Source: Acidimicrobiaceae bacterium (GTDB lineage Bacteria > Actinomycetota > Acidimicrobiia > Acidimicrobiales > Aldehydirespiratoraceae). From it: a stretch of DNA of 64,000 nucleotides. Location of the stretch: the NCBI GenBank assembly GCA_009835735.1, contig VXWX01000010.1:29772-93771 (forward strand), read 5' to 3'. The notes beneath the pieces are model-generated. The model did no database searches. It saw nothing but the letters and a program-made list of their open reading frames with translations, and was not told the DNA's origin. This document shows, in pieces, positions 56,637-64,000 of this stretch. The position numbers and the translations under genes are program-made. The stretch's first letter is position 1. The number at the start of each line of letters is the position of its first letter.

Positions 56637-57779
56637 TCAGGCTGCCGCCTCGGTGACGCTCATGCGGCTGACCCAATCGCTCGGGCTGCGGATCTCGGCG
56701 ATGCCGGGAACGTTCCCGGGGCTCTCCCAGACACGGTCGAGCAAGGCCGCGCCACCGACCTCCTCGACCGACGAGATGAAGTGTTCGCCCTCGGCGTACT
56801 GCTTGATCTTGGCATCGAGGCCGATCACCCGCTGGAAGACCTTGGCGAACCCCCGCACCGACTCCCGTCGCCTGCGCATCACCCGCCCGAACCGGGGAGC
56901 GGAAGGGACGAGGCCCTTGCCGGCTCGATCCATGGTCACGTCGCCGTGGCCCTCGAGAAGGCTCATGAGACCGGCGAGCTGCTCCAGAGTCTCCACCTGT
57001 GCCTCTGAGGCGAACAGGGCCATGATCCCGCCGGCCGCCAGCGGGTCCTCGCCGCGGCGCCGGGCCTCCACCACCCGGCGCACGGCCGCCGCGATCCGCT
57101 TCGGGTCGGGATCCACCGAGTCGAGCACCGATTCGACCAGGCCGATGAAGTGCGGCCGCATCCATTCCACGCCGGTGAACTGGGCCCGATGGGTCACCTC
57201 GTGGAGCGCCAGCCAGAGCCGGAACTCGGCCGGGTCGAAGGCGTACTTGTTCTCCAGCGACAGGACATTGGGGGCCACGTAGTAGACGATGTCCTGGTCT
57301 TCGGGCTTGTCGTCCTCGATGATCAGCAGGTCGTACTGGCCCAGCACCCGCGTGGACATCCAGCCCAGCATGACGCCGAGCTCGGCTCCGGCCACCCGCC
57401 GGGTGATCGGGGCCAGCATCCCGTCCGAGCCCGTGCCGAGCTTGGCCGCGAGGGGCTTCAGCAGACGCTGGAACGAGGCCAGGTTGGCGTCGATCCAACC
57501 GACCCGGTCGGTCACCCTGCCCCGGGCCGGTCCCGACAGCGACCGCAGGCCGGTGAAATCGGCTACCAGCCCCTCAGCCCTCTGGGTGCAGTCGGCGAAG
57601 TCCTCGGCCAGGCCGTCACGCCAGCGCGGCGCGGTGTAGGGCTCGCGCCGGGCGGTGCGCACCGCAACCCGGCGGGCCAGGTCCCAGTCGATGGGGTCGT
57701 CAAGGTCTCCAGGATCGTTGGGACCGTCGACATCGACGGCACCTTCGAGTTCGACGGAGCCCTCGGCGTGGGCGCCCAT
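56637..57779 (-). CDS. Zincin-like metalloprotease (DUF2342 type)
   Basis: LGQYD, HEVTH, EGH, K..QY; typical position upstream of tilS. Confidence 0.85.
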   Translation of the reverse strand: MGAHAEGSVELEGAVDVDGPNDPGDLDDPIDWDLARRVAVRTARREPYTAPRWRDGLAEDFADCTQRAEGLVADFTGLRSLSGPARGRVTDRVGWIDANLASFQRLLKPLAAKLGTGSDGMLAPITRRVAGAELGVMLGWMSTRVLGQYDLLIIEDDKPEDQDIVYYVAPNVLSLENKYAFDPAEFRLWLALHEVTHRAQFTGVEWMRPHFIGLVESVLDSVDPDPKRIAAAVRRVVEARRRGEDPLAAGGIMALFASEAQVETLEQLAGLMSLLEGHGDVTMDRAGKGLVPSAPRFGRVMRRRRESVRGFAKVFQRVIGLDAKIKQYAEGEHFISSVEEVGGAALLDRVWESPGNVPGIAEIRSPSDWVSRMSVTEAAA

Positions 57780-57789
57780 GGGCTAGGGC

Positions 57790-57921
57790 TCAGTCCCTCG
57801 GGTATCGCTTGTAGGTGACCTTCTGGAGGTAGCCGGCGATGGTCGCCACGATGGCGACGATGCCCGCCACGGCCAGCGGGACCGCGATCCAGAAGTGCCA
57901 TACGACACCGGCGAAGGTCAT
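57790..57921 (-). CDS. 43-aa membrane peptide
   Basis: MTFAGVVWHFWIAVPL..GYLQKVTYKRYPRD; ATGA overlap with rsrA. Confidence 0.65.
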   Translation of the reverse strand: MTFAGVVWHFWIAVPLAVAGIVAIVATIAGYLQKVTYKRYPRD

Positions 57922-58154
57922 GGGTTCGCAGTGTAGATGGCTCGTAGGACGCGCACTCGCAGCGATTCCGGGACCTGCTCCTCGCAGCAGCAGCGGGCCA
58001 CTGTCATCCGGACCTGGGCCTCGAAGTGGAACGCGTCGGCGCAGGAAGGACAGCACTCGAGGTGCGCGGAGATAGCAGTGCGGACCGCAACGGTGGCCTC
58101 ACCGTCGAGGTAGAGGTGAAGGTCTCGGCAAGCGTCGTCGCAGTTGCAGACCAC
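57918..58154 (-). CDS. rsrA: Zinc anti-sigma factor RsrA/RshA
   Basis: C..YLDGE..HLECCPSC (HxxxCxxC). Confidence 0.88.
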   Translation of the reverse strand: MVCNCDDACRDLHLYLDGEATVAVRTAISAHLECCPSCADAFHFEAQVRMTVARCCCEEQVPESLRVRVLRAIYTANP

Positions 58155-58157
58155 GGG

Positions 58158-58751
58158 TCAACTCCTGTCGTCCGGACCGGCCTCTGGCTCCTGGGGGAGG
58201 AGCCGGTGGCGGGCGGCAAAGTCGTACAACCTCTTGTGGAGCTGTTTTCTTCCCCGATGCAGGCGGCTCATTACGGTGCCGATGGGGACATCGAGGATCT
58301 CCGCGATCTCCGAGTAGGAGAAGCCCTCCACATCGGCGAGCAGTACGGGCAGGCGGTAGTAGTCGGGAAGGTCCTCCACAGCCTGCTTCACCTCGTGCTC
58401 GGTGAACAGCGAGGACAGCTCGTCCTCGACGCTGCGGCCGAGCCGTGCCGCTGTGTCACCGCCGAGGCGGCGGTACAGATAGAGGTGCTCCACATCGCCC
58501 AGGTCGGTCTCGGCGGGTCGCCGCTGGCGGCGCCGGTACTCGCTGATGTAGGCGTTGGTGAGGATGCGATACATCCACGCCTTCAGGTTGGTTCCCGCCG
58601 TGAAGGTGCCGTAGGACCGGTAGGCCCGCAGGTAGGTCTCCGACACCAGGTCCTCGGCGTCGGCCGGGTTGCGGGTCAGCCGCATGGCCGCCGAGTACAA
58701 CGACGGCATCAGCGGCAGGGCGTCGTCCGCGAAGGTTGCCTGGTCGGCCAC
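58158..58751 (-). CDS. sigH: ECF sigma factor SigH/SigR
   Basis: [33 protein letters not shown]. Confidence 0.9.
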   Translation of the reverse strand: MADQATFADDALPLMPSLYSAAMRLTRNPADAEDLVSETYLRAYRSYGTFTAGTNLKAWMYRILTNAYISEYRRRQRRPAETDLGDVEHLYLYRRLGGDTAARLGRSVEDELSSLFTEHEVKQAVEDLPDYYRLPVLLADVEGFSYSEIAEILDVPIGTVMSRLHRGRKQLHKRLYDFAARHRLLPQEPEAGPDDRS

Positions 58752-58777
58752 TCACCGCCTCTTTGGCTGGGGTTGGG

Positions 58778-58850
58778 AGCCCGAAAGGGGATTTGAACCC
58801 CTGACCTACGCTTTACGAGAGCGTCGCTCTACCGACTGAGCTATTCGGGC
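58778..58850 (-). tRNA. tRNA-Thr(CGT)
   Basis: Cloverleaf GCCCGAA..ACGCT-CTCGTAA-AGCGT..AGGGG-TTCAAAT-CCCCT-TTCGGGC-T; CCA not encoded. Confidence 0.96.
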
Positions 58851-58873
58851 CTGTACGCCGCGGGCGGAGCCGC

Positions 58874-60013
58874 CTAGCGCCCGCTCAGGCTATCGCCCAG
58901 GGGCGGCAGGTCGAGCAGCAGCGCCTGGAGGGCCAGGGCCTCGTTCGGGGAGCGGATCAGGCTCTCAGCGGTGGCCCGCAAGCGGTCTACGGCCCGCATG
59001 GCCGCAGTGACTCGCCGGTTCGCCGCCGGATCGTCGGGCACCGAGGTGATCTCATCGCGGTATCGGGCGCCGAGAGTGGACAGTCCGAATCGGATCTCGT
59101 CGGTGCGGAACTGGCGGTGCTCGCGCTTGTGCTGCGCTTCGATGATGCTGCGGCCCGAGCCCCTCACACCGAAGTGCTCCTCACGTTGCTCCAGGGTGAC
59201 GATCTCGGCTCTGTGGCGCTCGGTGAGGGCTCCGCCGGCCTCGTCGATCATGGCACGCAGTTCGGCTACCAGCAGCGCGACGGCGGCCCCGGTTCCATCG
59301 AGGCGGTCCGGCACCATCCACCACGCCTCGCGCCGGGCCGCCACCCGCTCGTCGGTGGCCAGGACCCTGGCCCGATGGAGGTTGCCAGCAGCCGCGGCCG
59401 CCACCAGCGGGGCCCGGTCGGCCGCGACCAGACCCTCCGACACCAGCACCCGGGCGATCTCGGCGTTGGGAACCGGGCTGAAGTCGACTCTTGTGCAGCG
59501 CGACGCGATGGTGACGTGCTCGGGCAGCACCTGCTCGGCCAGCAGCACCCACACCACCGAGCCGGCCGGCTCCTCGACCGGTTTGAGCAGGGCCGCCGCC
59601 GCGGCCGGTGTGGCGGTGTGGAAACGGTCGACGACCAGCACCTTGCGGGGGCCCTCCACGGGTGTGCGGCTGGCCTCGACGATGAGCTGGGACACCTCCT
59701 CCTCGCGGCGCAGGCTCGGGCCGGATGGGCTGAGCACGAAGACGTCGGGGTGCTCACGGCTGGCAGCCAGACGACGATGTCTGGCGGACCGCGCCGGATC
59801 GGAGCCTGCCCGCTGGTCCGCGGCCGCGATCAGCTCCCCCGCGAAGGCGCCGGCAGCGGCCTGCCTGCCCGAGCCCCGCGGGCCGACCAGCAGGTACGCG
59901 TGCACCGGCGATGCCACTGCCGCCGCCAAGGCAGCCACCGCCTGCGGCTGGCCCACCACCGCCGACCAAGGATCCGCGGATGCAGTCTCGGCGTCGGCAT
60001 CGAGAAGGGTCAT
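58874..60013 (-). CDS. holB: DNA polymerase III delta' subunit
   Basis: HAYLLVGPRGSG, HPDV, LLKPVEEP, TIASRC; follows tmk. Confidence 0.9.
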   Translation of the reverse strand: MTLLDADAETASADPWSAVVGQPQAVAALAAAVASPVHAYLLVGPRGSGRQAAAGAFAGELIAAADQRAGSDPARSARHRRLAASREHPDVFVLSPSGPSLRREEEVSQLIVEASRTPVEGPRKVLVVDRFHTATPAAAAALLKPVEEPAGSVVWVLLAEQVLPEHVTIASRCTRVDFSPVPNAEIARVLVSEGLVAADRAPLVAAAAAGNLHRARVLATDERVAARREAWWMVPDRLDGTGAAVALLVAELRAMIDEAGGALTERHRAEIVTLEQREEHFGVRGSGRSIIEAQHKREHRQFRTDEIRFGLSTLGARYRDEITSVPDDPAANRRVTAAMRAVDRLRATAESLIRSPNEALALQALLLDLPPLGDSLSGR

Positions 60014-60618
60014 CGCATACCGCCGAGACGTTCTTGCACGGCGGCCATTACCCGGGCGGCTACGTCATCCACCGAGCCGTCGGCATCGACCACCACCCAG
60101 TGGTCCGGGTCGGCCTCGGCCATGGCCAGGTAGCCAGCCCGGACCCGATCGAGGAAGCCGTCACCGGTTCCCTCGAAGCGGTCGAGTGACGACCCCAGCC
60201 GCCGCGACGCCAATTCGAGGGGGATGTCAAGGAGCAAGTTCAAATCTGGTTCGATCCCTCCGGTGGCGAAGCGCATCATCGTCTGCAACTCCGCGAGATC
60301 GAGACCGCGCCCGTAGCCCTGGTAGGCGAGCGTCGACGCGGTGAAGCGGTCGGTGACTACGTCCCGACCGGCTTCCAGCGCGGGACCGACGATCTGGGCA
60401 ACATGCTGGGCCTTGTCCGCGATTATCAGCAGCGCCTCGGTGCGGTCGTCGAGAGAATCGTTGTCCGGATCGAGCAACGCCCGCCTGATGACCCCGCCCA
60501 CGTCGGTAGCGCCGAACTGGAAGGTGAACACCGCACCCAGAGACACGGCCAACATCTGGGCCTGGGTGGACTTTCCCGATGCGTCCACCCCCTCGACCGC
60601 GATGAGCCGGCCGGTCAC
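60010..60618 (-). CDS. tmk: Thymidylate kinase
   Basis: EGVDASGKSTQ, DRF..S.LAYQGYGRG. Confidence 0.95.
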   Translation of the reverse strand: MTGRLIAVEGVDASGKSTQAQMLAVSLGAVFTFQFGATDVGGVIRRALLDPDNDSLDDRTEALLIIADKAQHVAQIVGPALEAGRDVVTDRFTASTLAYQGYGRGLDLAELQTMMRFATGGIEPDLNLLLDIPLELASRRLGSSLDRFEGTGDGFLDRVRAGYLAMAEADPDHWVVVDADGSVDDVAARVMAAVQERLGGMR

Positions 60619-62060
60619 TGCGCCGACGCCTCGCTCTCGGACGCCACTACGCCCTGCTCGCGAGCCCCGGATCGCAGGCTCAATGTTGCCAGGGCGCCGG
60701 CGACAACGATGATCACACCAGCGATCCACATCGTTAGGCGCGATCCGGGCAACTCAACCACCGCTCCGAGCACCGTGACCTCCTGGTCCCACCAGCGGTC
60801 CGACAGGCCGTCGAGCAGGTCGGCCAGCACGCCGCCGACGGCCAGCGCGATCAGCGCGCACAGCCGCACCAGCACCAGCAGGGCTGCGAACACCCGGCCC
60901 CGGATCTCGTTGTCGACGTTCTCGTGCAGCAGCGTGAACCCGAGCACATACGAGGGCCCGGCCAGCATCCCGAGCAGGACCACCAGTGGGATCATCAGCG
61001 ACAGCCGGTCCACCGACGCAGCGGCCAGCAGTACCACACCCGCGCCGATGAGCGCTGATGTGAACCCGCGGAGCCGGTTGATGCGATTCTGCAGCGCAGC
61101 GGCCGAGGCCACGCCCACCGCCATGCCCACTCCGAGCGAGAACAGCACGGCATGGAAGTCGGCCTCCCGCCCGACGATCACTTCGTCGACGAACCGGGCG
61201 CCCAGAACCACCACCATCCCCGCGCCCATCACCGCAGTGGCCAACCCCACGTTCACCGACCGCACGATGCGGTTCCTGCCCACCAGGCGCCAGCCTTCCC
61301 TGAGCTCGCGGATGGCCCCGCCGAGATCAAGGCTCCCCCGCTCGGTCGCCTGACGCTCGTTGCGGGAGCGCACCGGGATGGCGATGCGCCAGATGATCAG
61401 CGCGGTCACCAGGAACGTCAGCGCGTCCACATAGAAGGCCAGCCCCTCCTCGTTGAGCCGCAGGTTCGTCACCCATCCCTCGTCCGGCACCGCCTCCGCC
61501 GCCTTGGCCAGCAGCGCGGCCGCCCCGGCGGCTACCGGGAACATGCCGTAGGCCGCGGTCACATTGAGCGAGTTAGCCGCGGTGAGCTTCTCGCGAGGCA
61601 CGAGATTCGGGACGGTCGCCTCCTTGGCCGGCTGCCACATCATCGTGAGCAGCTCAAGCAGGAAGCTGGCCACCACCAGGCCGACAATGGTGTCGACGAA
61701 CGGCAGCGTCACCAGGACCAGCGCACGACCCACGTCGCAGGCCACCATCACCCGTTTGCGGTTCAGCCGATCAACAATCACGCCCGCCGCGGTGGCCAGG
61801 AAGAAGCCCGGCGCCACTCGGGCGGCCAGCACCAAGGCAATGGCGGTGCCCTTGGACCCTTCGGGGGCGAGCTGGTCAGCCAAGGCAATGGTGGCGAACA
61901 GTCCGAGCCAGTCGCCGGTGGCCGACACCACCTGGGCGATCCAGAGCCTGAAGAAGTCCCGTGTGCCGAAGATCCGCTCCAGGCGCCCCGACGGTCGGGC
62001 TGCCTCGAAGGCCTCGTCGAGCCGGGTGCCGGCCGAAGATCGGGGCGCAGCCTCATCCAC
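60615..62060 (-). CDS. MFS transporter
   Basis: About 12 TM helices, DRLNRKRVM motif; start uncertain; conserved topA-MFS-tmk context. Confidence 0.88.
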   Translation of the reverse strand: MDEAAPRSSAGTRLDEAFEAARPSGRLERIFGTRDFFRLWIAQVVSATGDWLGLFATIALADQLAPEGSKGTAIALVLAARVAPGFFLATAAGVIVDRLNRKRVMVACDVGRALVLVTLPFVDTIVGLVVASFLLELLTMMWQPAKEATVPNLVPREKLTAANSLNVTAAYGMFPVAAGAAALLAKAAEAVPDEGWVTNLRLNEEGLAFYVDALTFLVTALIIWRIAIPVRSRNERQATERGSLDLGGAIRELREGWRLVGRNRIVRSVNVGLATAVMGAGMVVVLGARFVDEVIVGREADFHAVLFSLGVGMAVGVASAAALQNRINRLRGFTSALIGAGVVLLAAASVDRLSLMIPLVVLLGMLAGPSYVLGFTLLHENVDNEIRGRVFAALLVLVRLCALIALAVGGVLADLLDGLSDRWWDQEVTVLGAVVELPGSRLTMWIAGVIIVVAGALATLSLRSGAREQGVVASESEASAQ

Positions 62061-62143
62061 GACATCTGAGGCTACGCGTTGTGACCCGCCCGTGGCTTGC
62101 TGCCGTTCGGGACCGCTCGGGCGTACCTGCGCTCGCCCGTGGA

Positions 62144-64000
62144 TTACTTGCGCTTGCCGGTCGACCTCCGGCGGGCGGGGCGCTTCTTGGCCGGACCCTT
62201 GGCCCGCCGTTCCGCCAGCAATTCGCAGGCCCGCTCCAGGGTGAGCCCCTCGACGGTGTCGCCGGACCGCAGCGAGGCGTTGGTCTCGCCGTCGGTGACG
62301 TAGTGGCCGTAGCGGCCGTCCTTCACCACGACCGCCCGGCCGGTGTCGGGATCCTCCCCCAGTTCTCTCAGCGGTGCGGCCGGGGCTTGGCGACCCCGGC
62401 TCTTCGGCTGGGCCAGCAGCTTGAGGCACTCTTCGAGGGTCACCGTGAACAGCTTGTCCTCGCTGGGCAGGCTGCGACTGTCAGAACCCTTGCGCACGAA
62501 CGGCCCGTAGCGGCCGTTCTGAACGGTGATCTCCACCCCGTCGGCGGGGTCTGCGCCGACGGTGCGCGGCAGCGACAGCAGTTGCAGCGCATCCTCCAAC
62601 GTGACCGTCTCCAACACCATGGTCTTGAACAGCGACGCGAACTTCGGCTTGTCGGGAACCTCCTCGCCCAGTCCGAGCTGGACGTAGGGCCCGTAGCGGC
62701 CCGTCCTGGCGACCACGGTCAGCCCGGTGACGGGATCGGTGCCGAGAACCCGCTCGTCGCGGCCGGCGGCCAGCAGTTCCAACGCCCGCTCGACGGTGAG
62801 CTCGTCGGGAGCGGTGCCGTCGGGCACGGAGGCCGAGTCATCGCCCCTCTGCACGGTCGGGCCGTAGCGCCCCACGCGGACCTCCAGCTCGACGCCGTTG
62901 GCATCGTTGCCCAGCGGGATCGAGTTCACCAACCGGGCGTCGATGTCGCTGAGGCGACTGGAGACCTTCTCCTTGAGGCCGGGATCGTCGTCTCCGCCGA
63001 AGTAGAACCGGTGCAGCCACGGAACCTGCTCCTCCACGCCGGTTGCGATCCGGTCGAGGTCGTCCTCCATCTCGGCGGTGAAGGCGTAGTCGACCAGCTT
63101 CGGGAAGTGGCGTTCCAGCAGATTGACCACCGAGAAAGCAGTGAACGACGGCACCAGCGCCGAGCCCTTCTTCCACACGTACCCCCGGTCGATGATGGTG
63201 CCCATGATCGACGAGTAGGTAGAGGGCCGACCCACGCCGAGCTGCTCCAGGCGCCGCACCAGCGAAGCCTCGGTGTAGCGGGCCGGTGGCTGGGTTTCGT
63301 GCCCGGACGCCTCCAGACCGCGGCAGTCAGCGCCGTCTCCCTCGTTCAGCGGCGGCAGACGAAGCTCGGCCTCAGCCTCGCTCGCGTCTCCGGCGTCGGT
63401 CCCCTCGGTGTACACCTCCCGGAAGCCCAGATGGGTAATCACCGTGCCGCTGGCCGCGAATTCGGCGTCGCGGCCCGAGGCGCTTCTGGCCCCGAGGCGC
63501 AGCTGCACCGTCTCGCCGGTGCAGTCGGTCATCTGGCTGGCCAGCGTCCGCTTCCACACCAACTCGTAGAGCCGGGCCTCGGGCGGGGGCAGTTGATCGG
63601 CCACCGTCGATGGGTCAGCGAAGGTGTCCCCGGCGGGTCGGATGGCCTCGTGGGCCTCCTGGGCGTTCTTCACCCTGCTGGCGTACGCCCTCGGTTCCGG
63701 CGGTAGCACGCTTGAGCCGTAGCGCCTCTCCACCTCGGAGCGGGCCGCAGCCACCGCGTCCGCCGACAGCGACGTGCTGTCGGTGCGCATGTAGGTGATG
63801 TAGCCCTTCTCGTACAGTGACTGAGCCGTGCGCATGGCCGCCGCCGAGGTCATGTGAAGCTTCCGGGCCGCCTCCTGCTGCATGGTCGACGTGATGAAGG
63901 GCGCGGCCGGGCGCCGCCGGTAGGGCTTGGAGGTGCGGGCCCGAACCGCGAATGCCGCGTCCTGAAGATCCGAGACCAGCGACATGGCCGCCGCCTCATT
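62144..64000 (-). CDS. topA: DNA topoisomerase I (5' part outside the window)
   Basis: LYEKGYITYMRTDS, AQEAHEAIRP, GRPSTY, actinobacterial GRYGP C-terminal repeats. Confidence 0.97.
   Translation of the reverse strand, partial: NEAAAMSLVSDLQDAAFAVRARTSKPYRRRPAAPFITSTMQQEAARKLHMTSAAAMRTAQSLYEKGYITYMRTDSTSLSADAVAAARSEVERRYGSSVLPPEPRAYASRVKNAQEAHEAIRPAGDTFADPSTVADQLPPPEARLYELVWKRTLASQMTDCTGETVQLRLGARSASGRDAEFAASGTVITHLGFREVYTEGTDAGDASEAEAELRLPPLNEGDGADCRGLEASGHETQPPARYTEASLVRRLEQLGVGRPSTYSSIMGTIIDRGYVWKKGSALVPSFTAFSVVNLLERHFPKLVDYAFTAEMEDDLDRIATGVEEQVPWLHRFYFGGDDDPGLKEKVSSRLSDIDARLVNSIPLGNDANGVELEVRVGRYGPTVQRGDDSASVPDGTAPDELTVERALELLAAGRDERVLGTDPVTGLTVVARTGRYGPYVQLGLGEEVPDKPKFASLFKTMVLETVTLEDALQLLSLPRTVGADPADGVEITVQNGRYGPFVRKGSDSRSLPSEDKLFTVTLEECLKLLAQPKSRGRQAPAAPLRELGEDPDTGRAVVVKDGRYGHYVTDGETNASLRSGDTVEGLTLERACELLAERRAKGPAKKRPARRRSTGKRK

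Noticed and set aside
58778-58850. tRNA-Thr(CGT) as the partner of the att-like site at 16784
   Set aside because: Only TCGGGCTC is shared, the T-arm differs, the orientation is opposite and core genes lie between.

Overview
High-GC actinobacterial DNA, Acidimicrobiia-like by gene content and synteny (inference), in three blocks. (1) 1-~16.8 kb is the right part of a decaying integrative/mobilisable element. It holds a type IV (AbiE) toxin-antitoxin pair, a GIY-YIG protein, a ParA/CpaE-like ATPase, a truncated MobF relaxase, a hopanoid cassette (hpnH-orf-hpnG-hpnA-shc plus an acyltransferase) and a P4-type tyrosine integrase next to a tRNA-3'-end-like att core. Four clusters of 10-bp-phased GCGTTC repeats mark the element's intergenic regions. 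(2) ~16.9-44 kb is a catabolic island: a Mo-hydroxylase, an OxoO/CarAa-type Rieske oxygenase, an MhpB-like extradiol dioxygenase, hydrolases, an amidase, an amide ABC transporter and CoA ligases. It appears to be controlled by an ArsR plus an unusual SRPBCC-AmiC fusion through a shared 18-bp operator. A complete passenger-carrying IS1595 element (24-bp IRs, 8-bp TSD) interrupts it. (3) 44-64 kb is a core block (clpC, lysS, coaX, panC, folK, hpt, tilS, rsrA-sigH, tRNA-Thr, holB, tmk, topA). All calls come from motif reading only; no searches were run.
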